A DNA stretch of 64,000 nt, taken from Candidatus Melainabacteria bacterium 17Bon1m. Lineage in GTDB: Bacteria > Cyanobacteriota > Vampirovibrionia > Obscuribacterales > Obscuribacteraceae. The DNA is taken from the NCBI GenBank assembly GCA_032128875.1, contig JAVLKG010000003.1:161008-225007 (forward strand), read 5' to 3'. Below are positions 48,238 through 57,387 of this stretch, one piece after another (the first letter of the stretch is position 1; each line of letters starts with the position of its first letter). The position numbers and the translations under genes were made by a program. The notes below the pieces were generated by a model. The model did no database searches, was not told where the DNA came from, and saw only the letters and a list, made by a program, of their open reading frames with translations.

Positions 48238-49463
48238 TGTTCAAAGGGCTGCGCATCCGACTGACGCTCTGGTTTATGCTTCTGTCCGGCGTTGCTTTTT
48301 TCATTCTCGCCATCGGCAACACATATCTTTTTCAGAAGTCGCTGACCCAACAGCTCGATGATGAGCTGAAAGCGCTAACTGAGCAAGTTGCGCCATTGGT
48401 TTATATCGTGCGCAATGACTTGCAAGCGCGTGGTTTAGTTGAGCAATTGCACAAAAGTCCCTTTGGATATAAAACTACCGTTCAGCTTTTCGACGCGCAT
48501 GGAAACATTGATGAAGAGCATGGGGAGAAAGGAGATCCCAAGCTTTTTCTGAACAACTGCGAGGTCGAAAGCGTCTCCGGTACGCTGCGCTCAAAGTCTG
48601 TTCCGTTGTTTCAAGATGGGCATCTTTTCGGCTATTTGCAAATTCAAATTCCTACGGCTCAGCGCGATCTCTCTGTCGATAAATTTGTTTTGTCGAAAAT
48701 TCTCCTAGGTCCCATTTTCCTTTTGGGTCTCACTTGGGCTGGTTATTTGGTCTCTGGAAAAGCCGTAGAGCCGGTGGAAGAGTCATATCGCATTCTGAAG
48801 ATGTTCGTTCAGGACGCCAGCCATGAGCTGAAGACACCGGTGGCTACGATTCAGATTACGGCAGAGAATTTGGCAGAGGATGTAAAAGAAGATCCTGATC
48901 TTAGCGAACGATTAGCCATCATTACTCGTAATACAGATCGTATGTCTAATTTGGTTTCTGACATGCTTACTCTTGCGAAAATGGAAGTTGTTCAAACAGA
49001 GGCTAAGCTGATAAGAACGTCTCTGAAAGCCATCCTTGAGCGCCAGACCGAAGAGTTTGCTCCGCGTTTTGAATCTAGTGAGAAGAGGCTAGATGTGCAT
49101 CTAGGTGAAACACCAGCAATCCTGGGTGACGCTGAGTCTCTGAATCATTTGTTTTCTAACTTGATCGAGAACGCGCTCAAATATTCCGAGAAAGGAGCGG
49201 TCGTCAAAGTTGTATTACGCACGCGCGACGGCAAGGCATGCGTGATTGTAGAGGACAATGGCTTAGGCATTCCGAAAGAGGCGATACCGCGCTTATTCGA
49301 TCGCTTTTACCGCGTTGATAAGAAAGCCGCGCGCGCAAAAGGCGGCACAGGTCTCGGCTTGTCCATCGTCAAAACCATCGCCGATATGCACCACGCCGTT
49401 ATCGAAGTCGCTAGTACTGAAGGCAAAGGCACAACCTTTACGGTGACGTTTCCATCCGCTTAA
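48237..49463 (+). CDS. Membrane sensor histidine kinase
   Basis: ASHELKTP, NLIENALKY, DNGLGI and GGTGLGL. Confidence 0.93.
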   Translation: MFKGLRIRLTLWFMLLSGVAFFILAIGNTYLFQKSLTQQLDDELKALTEQVAPLVYIVRNDLQARGLVEQLHKSPFGYKTTVQLFDAHGNIDEEHGEKGDPKLFLNNCEVESVSGTLRSKSVPLFQDGHLFGYLQIQIPTAQRDLSVDKFVLSKILLGPIFLLGLTWAGYLVSGKAVEPVEESYRILKMFVQDASHELKTPVATIQITAENLAEDVKEDPDLSERLAIITRNTDRMSNLVSDMLTLAKMEVVQTEAKLIRTSLKAILERQTEEFAPRFESSEKRLDVHLGETPAILGDAESLNHLFSNLIENALKYSEKGAVVKVVLRTRDGKACVIVEDNGLGIPKEAIPRLFDRFYRVDKKAARAKGGTGLGLSIVKTIADMHHAVIEVASTEGKGTTFTVTFPSA

Positions 49464-49552
49464 TCTCACGTAGGGGAGGCGCATGCGCTGAATCTTACGT
49501 AGGGGAGGCGCATGCGCCTCCCTGTGCAGGGCGCCGCATGCGGGGCCCCTAC
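49458..49552. repeat. REP-like family A doublet plus 29-bp tandem duplication
   Basis: 49458-49486 is repeated at 49487-49515 (27/29). Full unit GTAGGGGAGGCGCATGCGCCTCCCTGTGCAGGGCGCCGCATGCGGGGCCCCTAC at 49499-49552. Confidence 0.9.
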
Positions 49553-49631
49553 ATTTTCTCTTTATATTCGCCCTCACACGTCCCTCACGAACGCTCCGTA
49601 GGATTGCAGTATCGGTTGCGAGGCAGAGAAC

Positions 49632-51188
49632 GTGATGACGAACGGTGTCTACATCCAAAGAAGTTTAGAAGGTGTTCTTCCTGACGCGAATCTTCTGCAC
49701 GTGAAGGTTCGAACTAAGGAGATCCTCGAGAAGGAACTTCAGAGAAGGGAAATTGCCAGTAAGTATTACCCTGATCTGGAGTTCCAAACCGAGGGAACAG
49801 CGACCGCGGCTCGGACGAAGAGTTCTAAAACAAACAGTTCCAATACAAAGAATTCCAATACAAAGAATTCTAAATCTACGAGTTCTAGAGCTAATAGTTT
49901 GGCCAAGGAAGAGAGGCAGTGCAAGCAAAGTCTCATGGTTCATGGGGCTGATACCATGAAAAACCTTGCCGGCATCAAGCCTCTTCTTCCTTATGTGGTC
50001 GCGGTTTCAGTAACCGTTTTGTGCACGCTGGTTGGCATAGCAATGACACCAGTTGTTGACGAAGAGAACTTCTGCATGCTTTATCTGCTGGGCGTTGTTC
50101 TAGTCTCTTGCAGATATGGCTTAGGCGCATCGTTACTCACTGTTCTTTTGAGCGTGATCAGTTATGACTTCTTCGTTGTGTCTCCGCACTACACCTTGGT
50201 GAGGTTTGAAACGCCGTGCCTTCTTACCTTTGTTGCAATGCTAGTGGTGGCATTGACGATGAGCGGTCTGACCGCCAGAGTCAAACAGCACGCACGGCAA
50301 CTCGATACAAGAGTCAAAGAGCGCACATATGAGCTGGCTCTAGCTAACGAAGCTCTTAGGGTTGAAGTAGCTTCGAGAGCGCAAGCCGAAGAACGGCTCA
50401 AAGAGGCGGTTGAAGAACTGGCACGCTCAAATACTGCCCTGGCACAGTTTGCCAAAATAGCGTCGCACGATCTGCAAGAACCTTTGCGTTCGTTGCGCGG
50501 GTTCACAGATTTGTTGACACGACGCTATGAAGGCAAACTGGACACCAAAGCCGATGAGTTTATCGAGCACATCAATGACTGTGGCATCCGTATGGAACGC
50601 ATTATCGAAAGTGTACTGAGCCATGCGCGTGTCCAAGGATGTGACCGTCCGTTTACGAAGGTCGATCTCAATGACAGTGTGAAGGAGGCGATGAAAAACC
50701 TTGAGGTAGCTATCAAGGAAAGTGGAGCGAACATAAGTATTGATGAACTTCCAACAGTGAAGGGCGACGCTCTGCAACTGGTTCAACTTTTCCAAAACTT
50801 CTTGGCGAATGCGATCAAGTTCAGACGCGATGAGCCGCTCAGAGTGAAGATTTCTTGTGCCGAGTCCGTAGGTAGCGATGAAATGGCAGCTTACTTGGAC
50901 GTGGACGATGACTTGCCCAGAGCCTTCTGGCACGTGTCAATAAGAGACAACGGAACTGGGTTCGAAAGCCGTCACACGAAAGATGTCTTCACGATGTTCA
51001 AACGAGTCCACTCTGGTCAGGTGTATGCCGGTACGGGTATTGGCCTGGCGATCTGCAAAGCAATTGTAGAGCGGCATGGGGGGAACATCTGGGTGGACAC
51101 GATGAGGAACGGCGGCTCGACCTTTCACTTTACGATGCCGATAGTGACTGACTGCGAACAAAGTACTGACCGAGTAGAGACTAAGTAG
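49632..51188 (+). CDS. Histidine kinase with DUF4118 (KdpD-like TM) input and phytochrome-type kinase core; start may be 49956
   Basis: Four TM helices, ASHDLQEPLR, NFLANAIKF and GTGIGLAIC. Confidence 0.85.
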   Translation: MMTNGVYIQRSLEGVLPDANLLHVKVRTKEILEKELQRREIASKYYPDLEFQTEGTATAARTKSSKTNSSNTKNSNTKNSKSTSSRANSLAKEERQCKQSLMVHGADTMKNLAGIKPLLPYVVAVSVTVLCTLVGIAMTPVVDEENFCMLYLLGVVLVSCRYGLGASLLTVLLSVISYDFFVVSPHYTLVRFETPCLLTFVAMLVVALTMSGLTARVKQHARQLDTRVKERTYELALANEALRVEVASRAQAEERLKEAVEELARSNTALAQFAKIASHDLQEPLRSLRGFTDLLTRRYEGKLDTKADEFIEHINDCGIRMERIIESVLSHARVQGCDRPFTKVDLNDSVKEAMKNLEVAIKESGANISIDELPTVKGDALQLVQLFQNFLANAIKFRRDEPLRVKISCAESVGSDEMAAYLDVDDDLPRAFWHVSIRDNGTGFESRHTKDVFTMFKRVHSGQVYAGTGIGLAICKAIVERHGGNIWVDTMRNGGSTFHFTMPIVTDCEQSTDRVETK

Positions 51189-51269
51189 AGACCGAGTAGA
51201 GAAAGTATAGGCACCAGTATGAGGATTGTTGAACCGTGGATATTGCAACTGATGAGGAGGAGGTTACCA

Positions 51270-51677
51270 ATGAATAAATTCATCGAAGTACTTTTGGTAG
51301 AAGACAGTCCGGCTGACGTAAGAATTGCAGAGGAGGCGATTATAGATGCAGGAATGAATGTCAACCTGCACGTGGTAAACGACGGTGAGGCGGCAGTTCG
51401 ATATCTAACTCAGCAGGCACCCTACAGCGATGCTGCGACACCAGATATAGTGCTGCTTGACCTAAACATGCCCAAAATGAATGGACACGATGTACTAGAG
51501 GAGATCCGGATTCAAAACAACATGAAAGATGTGCCAATTGTTCTGTTGACCGCTTCAGAAAGCTGTGATGATGTCGAAAAGGCTCACAGTTTGGGCATCA
51601 ACTACTACTTGAGGAAGCCGGTACAAGGACCAGGCTTAAGCGAACTGCTCACCGCTGTTCAAAGTCTCTGGCACTAA
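51270..51677 (+). CDS. Single-domain response regulator (Rcp1-like)
   Basis: LLVEDSPAD, LLDLNMPK and YYLRKP. Strong SD GGAGGAGG. Confidence 0.9.
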   Translation: MNKFIEVLLVEDSPADVRIAEEAIIDAGMNVNLHVVNDGEAAVRYLTQQAPYSDAATPDIVLLDLNMPKMNGHDVLEEIRIQNNMKDVPIVLLTASESCDDVEKAHSLGINYYLRKPVQGPGLSELLTAVQSLWH

Positions 51678-51752
51678 TCGACCGCGTAGCGGCGCATTTT
51701 ATGCGCCTTTCAAAAATAGCTGTTATGTTGCTGAAAAATTGAGGATAGGACA

Positions 51753-52127
51753 ATGGATTTTTATTACATCTTCGCTGGAAGCCCAAATACACCCCAAAGA
51801 GTTTTGACCCGTCTGGCATTGAGCGGACAACAAAAAGTCCGTGGCCGAATTGCCGAAAACCGAGAGACTCCGGCAGATATTTTGCAAGTGCTGGCTGGTG
51901 ACGAAAATTGGGAAGTACGTGCGTCGGTGGCGACAAATCCGAGAGCACCACACGAGGTTGTCGAAATTCTCTCGCGCGATGAGAATGCCGATGTGCGCTA
52001 TTCGATGGCAGAATGCTATCACATGCCATTCCATGTATTGGATAGACTCGCGCAAGATGAAAATCCATACGTCGCGGAACGTGCGCGAATGACTCTAGAA
52101 GAAATGTTTGTTCGTCTAGCTATTTAA
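51753..52127 (+). CDS. LRV/HEAT-like repeat protein
   Basis: Repeats of NPxTP...LAxDEN..VR. Confidence 0.8.
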   Translation: MDFYYIFAGSPNTPQRVLTRLALSGQQKVRGRIAENRETPADILQVLAGDENWEVRASVATNPRAPHEVVEILSRDENADVRYSMAECYHMPFHVLDRLAQDENPYVAERARMTLEEMFVRLAI

Positions 52128-52169
52128 GAACAGTGTTTCAAGTTTGATTAGCGACAGGCGCAGCTAGGG

Positions 52170-52206
52170 AAGAGAGGAGCGGTGAACTCCTCTCTTTCTT
52201 CTTTTT
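52170..52206 (+). terminator. Intrinsic terminator
   Basis: AAGAGAGGAG-cggtgaa-CTCCTCTCTT followed by a T-rich tail. Confidence 0.75.
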
Positions 52207-52298
52207 GAATGCGTTTTCAAGGGAGGGCGTTCTCAAAGGGTCGCAATCAGCGAGAGTTTGCGAGTATTATTGAATCTTGTGAATTTACCCTGTGGCTT

Positions 52299-53795
52299 AT
52301 GCAAATAAGAAAATTGTTTTTGCCAAAATGTCGAGCGTCCGCGCCCTCGATTAATGCATCCATTATTCCCGCGTCGACTATTTTGGTTGCTTCTGCTGCT
52401 TTGATTTTTGTACCCGCTCTTTTGTTGTCGGGTAGCGTTCCCGCCCAAGCTCACCAGTTTGCACATTGTTATAAGGTTTTGAAACCACTTGGTGCTCATG
52501 ATGCTGATGCGTCACTTACATCTGCTCGCGCGAAACTCGCGAAGAATCCCAATGACACAAAATCACTGTGGATTGAAGGCATGGTTCTACAGCTACAGTT
52601 GAAACCTATAGAGGCTGAGAGAGCGTTTTTGAAACTGCTCGATGCCGCGAAGAAGCAGAAAGCATCGAAAAAGGAACTCGCCGCCATTTATGGTGAGTTG
52701 AGTATTTTGCAAACGCAGAACGGCCACGGTCAGGATGCGACAGCGTCGTTCAAGAAGTCCTTGGAGTTAGACTCCCAATCAGAGAATTCGCATCTCATCC
52801 GAGGTTGGCAGCTTTGGCAAGAGATGAATAAAGATGCGCTTGCGGAATTCGACGATTACATAGCGATGGCAAAAGATGAAGATAGTTACGTCTCCAAGGC
52901 GCACTATTTATTCCAGATTGGGCGCAGAGAGGAGGGTTTCAAGCTCCTCGCGGAAGCGGATAAGAAGTTTCCCGATTCGCCATTCTTGAATTTCGAGCGC
53001 GCGTACATGTGTTTGATGCGCAATGATCTCATTGGCGCGGAAAAGTACGCAGACATGGCGCAGAAAAAACTTCGCATAGGCGGCTACATCTACGGCGATA
53101 TTGCGACACAGTACAAGCGCCAAGGCGATATCGAGAAGCAGCTGAGTGCCCTTCGCAAAATGGGAGTTTATTGGCCGCGTCCCGAAACCTACAGCGTCCT
53201 CGCACTCTATTTGCAACAGCGCGGAAAAATCGATGAAGCTGCAAAAGCACTCGATAAGGCGCATGAACTCTACCCTTCTATAGAAGAGTATGTGGATCGA
53301 AAATGCAAAATGTATCGAATGGCTGGTCGCTGGAAGGAAGCATTAGCGGTTGCACAGTACAAAGTCGAGAAGTTTCCAAAAACTACACACAGCTATATTG
53401 CGCGCGGGCTCTGCTATGAAGCACTGGGCGAATACAAGAAAGCCGTCGAAGATTTTGATCGTGGAATAGCTAAGAATGCAAACTGGCGCGAGGTCGTTAA
53501 TCGCGCGAAGTGCAATTTGATTTTGAAAAACTACAAACGAGTGCTGGATGATGCGAATGCAATGATTGCTAATCATCCTGGTCACATCACAGGGATTCAA
53601 TTGAAGGCGCGCGCCTATATGGGGATGGGCAAGTTGAATGAGGCTTTGGCTGAAGCAGATACTTTGTCAAAGATGAGCGCCGACAACGTTGAGTTTATTA
53701 AGTTGCGGGCGGAGGTTCTCCAGAAAATGGGGAGGACCAAAGAGGCAAGCGCAGAATTAGCGAAAATCAAAAAGATTAAGGCCGCATATGAGTAA
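52299..53795 (+). CDS. Secreted TPR protein
   Basis: Signal-like hydrophobic stretch and many TPR units; start uncertain. Confidence 0.82.
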   Translation: MQIRKLFLPKCRASAPSINASIIPASTILVASAALIFVPALLLSGSVPAQAHQFAHCYKVLKPLGAHDADASLTSARAKLAKNPNDTKSLWIEGMVLQLQLKPIEAERAFLKLLDAAKKQKASKKELAAIYGELSILQTQNGHGQDATASFKKSLELDSQSENSHLIRGWQLWQEMNKDALAEFDDYIAMAKDEDSYVSKAHYLFQIGRREEGFKLLAEADKKFPDSPFLNFERAYMCLMRNDLIGAEKYADMAQKKLRIGGYIYGDIATQYKRQGDIEKQLSALRKMGVYWPRPETYSVLALYLQQRGKIDEAAKALDKAHELYPSIEEYVDRKCKMYRMAGRWKEALAVAQYKVEKFPKTTHSYIARGLCYEALGEYKKAVEDFDRGIAKNANWREVVNRAKCNLILKNYKRVLDDANAMIANHPGHITGIQLKARAYMGMGKLNEALAEADTLSKMSADNVEFIKLRAEVLQKMGRTKEASAELAKIKKIKAAYE

Positions 53796-53928
53796 CATTT
53801 CCGTAATTGGCTCGAGTGTCAGCCTGTTTGGGTTTGCGAGAAAATGAAAGGTTAGATTAGATTTGTATCTGATCGGCAACTTCTCGAGGTTCCCGCAGTC
53901 TCTAGCTTCGTAGACTGACAGGTGCAAC

Positions 53929-54348
53929 ATGCAAAAAGATCCCGCTCAGGCGAGCGAGAAAGACGAGGTTAGCGGGGAGAGGCCCCTTGTGCTGATCATC
54001 GATGACCAGCCGGAGTATGCGCGTTTGTTCGAACTCATTTCCGACAGCCTGGGAATTAGATCATATATAGTGAATAGCTGTGCGGAAGGTTTGAAAGCCC
54101 TTGAAACCGTCAAAGTGGACATCATCTTGATGGACTGGTTGATGCCGGACACTGATGGACCGGAGTGCGCCTGCAAGATACGTAAAATCGAGGAGACTGC
54201 TGGCGGACGTGTACCGATCATTGGCGTCAGCGGGTATGTGAAGGCGACTCGCCAGGAGTGTCTAAACGCAGGTATGGACGATTACCTGGCGATTCCCTTT
54301 ACGATGGAACAGCTACAGGCAACGCTGTCTAAGTGGTTGAAGCGATAG
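53929..54348 (+). CDS. Single-domain response regulator; conserved KP reads IP
   Basis: IIDD, MDWLMP and AGMDDYLAIPF. Confidence 0.85.
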   Translation: MQKDPAQASEKDEVSGERPLVLIIDDQPEYARLFELISDSLGIRSYIVNSCAEGLKALETVKVDIILMDWLMPDTDGPECACKIRKIEETAGGRVPIIGVSGYVKATRQECLNAGMDDYLAIPFTMEQLQATLSKWLKR

Positions 54349-55440
54349 TTACTCACTTTGCGATTTATCAATGTCGGGAGGGAACTTTAACGGAACGCCA
54401 ACTTGTTTCTTGCGGAATTCAGGAGGGGGGCTTGTTGGATTTTTCTTGCGAGTATTGTTGATTTCGGCAGGGAAGTTTCTTTGCGCGGACCTGACGGACT
54501 TATTCCAGTTTGCGCCAGCGCCCAGCTCTTCTAGCTTAACTTCAAGTTCGGTAGCTTTAGTTTCTTCGCCCAGCTGTTCGTACGCGTGCATTTTTACTTG
54601 AAGCACTTGGATCTGGTCTCCCTTATTCAAGCTTTTGGTATTGATGACCTCAATTGCTTTCAAGGCCTCAGTTGGCTCTCTTAGGGCAAGATTCGATTTT
54701 GCGAACAAAATCCTAGCTTGCGTTTGGAATTCTGTGTCCACTTCCGGTGGACCAAATTTTCCGGCAACCGCAATCTCAAAGTTTTTCCGTGCTTCTAGAT
54801 TTCGACGTTTTGCATCCGCCGCATTGAGAGAGAGTTCTGCCGCCTGTGCTGTTTGCAAATAGGCCAACCCGATCTTTAGTCTTGAAACCAAACTGTTTGG
54901 ATTACTCGCTCTTTCTCTTTCAAGATCGATGAGGGCTATGTCCATATGTTTGATCGCATCAGCGTAGTTTCTTGCCATATAACAGTCGTATGCACAATGC
55001 GATTGTGCTTCTGTGCGTGCGCTTATTAAAGGTAGATCGTTCGGCGTTAAGTTTGCTGCTCTGTCAAGATCTGAAGCTGCGTCCGCGTACTGCTTAAGGG
55101 ATAAGTAAGTTAGACCTCTTTGTTTGTGTCCACGAGCACTATCAGAGTTTATAGCAATCGCCTTTGTGTAGCACTGGATAGCCTCTGCATCGCGGTGCAT
55201 TTCTCTAAGCAGTTTGCCCTTTTTCATTAAGGCTTGAAAGTCCTTCGGATCGGACTTCAGCGTTTCTTCCAGTACGCGAAGAGATTTAGCCTTCGCGGCA
55301 GAGTCATCGCCTTTGCCACGGAAGAAAATGAATTCGGATGGTGTGTCTGGGTCTGCAGTTAATGGATTGGCTGAGGAGCGTTGTACGGTCGCAATGGCAC
55401 AAAGCGCAGCGATGGCAGCAGTGATTCGCCGAATGCGCAT
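54349..55440 (-). CDS. Secreted TPR protein
   Basis: Signal peptide and TPR units (AIQCYTKAIAIN...RGLTY). Confidence 0.8.
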   Translation of the reverse strand: MRIRRITAAIAALCAIATVQRSSANPLTADPDTPSEFIFFRGKGDDSAAKAKSLRVLEETLKSDPKDFQALMKKGKLLREMHRDAEAIQCYTKAIAINSDSARGHKQRGLTYLSLKQYADAASDLDRAANLTPNDLPLISARTEAQSHCAYDCYMARNYADAIKHMDIALIDLERERASNPNSLVSRLKIGLAYLQTAQAAELSLNAADAKRRNLEARKNFEIAVAGKFGPPEVDTEFQTQARILFAKSNLALREPTEALKAIEVINTKSLNKGDQIQVLQVKMHAYEQLGEETKATELEVKLEELGAGANWNKSVRSAQRNFPAEINNTRKKNPTSPPPEFRKKQVGVPLKFPPDIDKSQSE

Positions 55441-55466
55441 TGCAAAACGCGGCTCCTTTGCGTGGT

Positions 55467-56081
55467 CTAAGCCGGTGACTGTTTCTTCAATGCGGCAAGT
55501 TCGGCTTGCGCTGCGTCGGCTTCAGCCGCGAGTCCGTTAGCGCGTAAAACACCATCGTAAGTCGTGTAAACCATTTTTCGAGTGATAGGCTCGGCTGTTT
55601 TAGACCATTCCAGCACTTCGGCGAACATCAAACGGCATTTGTCCAAGTCTTTGACGTGCATTCCGTACATCTTCGCCAGATTCATCAGGCTCATCTTATA
55701 CTCGAATGAGTCCTGTCCATGTTTGGCGTGCATTTGCTGGGCGTCGGTGGTGAGTGCCTGTTCTAGCTCCGGAAGGCGTTGCTGCTTAACGAGCAAGCGC
55801 TCGAGGTCATTGAACGGCGAGACGGGCTCACGCGCGAGTCGGTCTGAGAATTGCCAGCGCAGTTGCAGAGCCTCTTTCAGCAGTTGCTCGCATTCTGCAA
55901 ATTCATCCAGCAACCTGAGCAGCCCTGCCAGCGCGCATTGACTGTAGTAAGCGTTGGACGGGTCGCTGCGCTGCATCGCATCTGCCAGCGCCTGCCGGTA
56001 GCAATCTTTCGCTTCGGCATAACGCCCGCCGCGTGCCGCTGATTCGGCATTAGCTGTCAGCGTCGACCAATTTTCGCCCAT
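55467..56081 (-). CDS. TPR-like helical hypothetical protein
   Basis: GRYAEAKDCYRQAL. Confidence 0.7.
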   Translation of the reverse strand: MGENWSTLTANAESAARGGRYAEAKDCYRQALADAMQRSDPSNAYYSQCALAGLLRLLDEFAECEQLLKEALQLRWQFSDRLAREPVSPFNDLERLLVKQQRLPELEQALTTDAQQMHAKHGQDSFEYKMSLMNLAKMYGMHVKDLDKCRLMFAEVLEWSKTAEPITRKMVYTTYDGVLRANGLAAEADAAQAELAALKKQSPA

Positions 56082-56291
56082 AACGTTTCCCCCACTGGAA
56101 TCGTACTTTTGTCTTATGCCCGGTTATACCAAAGCCTGTTATGAAAGTGCGTACCTTTTTACATTGGAGCCGATACTTCTGAAGGCTCCATTTGGTAGAC
56201 AATTGTATTAGCAGAATTTGGAACTAAGCGGCGCCTCCTGCGTCTTCACTTCACCGTGGACAGTCGGGCAAACTCGTGGGCGGATAGTATC

Positions 56292-56807
56292 ATGCAAAAT
56301 AAGTCAATTCAAGAAGCAGCGGATGAGTTACTCTACGAGTCGGCGAAGTCGTCCGACCTGTTGATGCGCTTACGAAATGGTGTCGGTGATTTCGTGAAAG
56401 CAAAGCGCGCATATGTGGACACTGATGAGCTGCGCGAAACATATTTAGCTGGATTGGAACAGCTTTTGGCTGAGGGCAAAATTCAGCAGACGTTGGGATC
56501 GCGCGACATGACAGTGTTTCGTGTGACAGACGAAGGAAAGCGAAACAGAGTCACCTTCGAAATGGCGCGGACCACTTTGCTAGAAGCAGTAAAAGCAGAT
56601 GGGTTCATCGCCAAAGTGCATAGCCCTGACGGTGAGTATCTGCAGAGCGGAACCCAGGTCTATTCCGATGTAGACGAGGAGCGCATTCTGTATTTGGAAG
56701 CTTTCTGCGACCTGTTGCATCACGGATATGTGTTACCGACAAGCGAAACGAAAGAAATGTCGCTTTATTCATACGCAAATAAAAGTCCATTGAAGCGCGC
56801 GATATAG
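56292..56807 (+). CDS. Hypothetical protein (possible tandem winged-helix)
   Basis: Repeated YL...L(L)..G(K/Y) segments and FRVTDEG. Confidence 0.65.
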   Translation: MQNKSIQEAADELLYESAKSSDLLMRLRNGVGDFVKAKRAYVDTDELRETYLAGLEQLLAEGKIQQTLGSRDMTVFRVTDEGKRNRVTFEMARTTLLEAVKADGFIAKVHSPDGEYLQSGTQVYSDVDEERILYLEAFCDLLHHGYVLPTSETKEMSLYSYANKSPLKRAI

Positions 56808-56815
56808 TTTGTTTC

Positions 56816-56868
56816 GTAGGGGCGGCATACATGCCGCCATGCCAGGGAGCCGCATGCGGCTCCCTTAC
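56816..56868. repeat. REP-like family A doublet
   Basis: GTAGGGGCGGCATACATGCCGCCATGCCAGGGAGCCGCATGCGGCTCCCTTAC. Confidence 0.9.
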
Positions 56869-56922
56869 TCAAGCTTTGAGAGATCGGCTAAAATACGGTT
56901 TTCCGACAGAGGGTATTTGTGT

Positions 56923-57387
56923 TTGCTAAAACCAGATTATTCGAATGATTGCGTGTTGGTGGATCTTGATGGCACGCTAGCCGATTGCGGGCATCGAATG
57001 CACTTCATTGAAAGAAGTCCAAAAAATTGGAAAGGTTTTCTCGATCCTTTTCTGGTAGCTGAAGATCCGCTGATAGAGCCTGTTGCACGGGTTGTGCGCA
57101 CATTGGGCGAGAAGTACCCGATTATTTATGTTTCTGGTCGAACCATAGACCTTTACGACACAACCAAGACATGGCTTACCAAACACGGATTTTGGACACA
57201 CCCGTTCTTGCTGTTTATGCGTCCAGCTAAAGACTTTCGCAGTGACGTCATTGTCAAACGCGAGCTGCTAAAGAAAATTCGCAAAGAATGGAATCCTTGG
57301 CTGGCAATTGATGATCGGACCGGTGTCGTTAAGATGTGGCGTGATGAAGGGATTACGTGCTTTCAAGTCAGTGATGAAACTGATTGA
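56923..57387 (+). CDS. Stand-alone HAD phosphatase resembling the 3'-phosphatase domain of T4 polynucleotide kinase
   Basis: VDLDGTL, VSGR, LFMRPAKDFRSDVIVK and IDDRTGVVKMWR...CFQV. TTG start after AGAGGG. Confidence 0.82.
   Translation: MLKPDYSNDCVLVDLDGTLADCGHRMHFIERSPKNWKGFLDPFLVAEDPLIEPVARVVRTLGEKYPIIYVSGRTIDLYDTTKTWLTKHGFWTHPFLLFMRPAKDFRSDVIVKRELLKKIRKEWNPWLAIDDRTGVVKMWRDEGITCFQVSDETD

Noticed and set aside
56809-56922. N-terminal extension of the PNKP-like ORF (MFRRGG...GSRMRLP)
   Set aside because: It is a read-through of the intergenic REP; a better start with SD lies at 56923.
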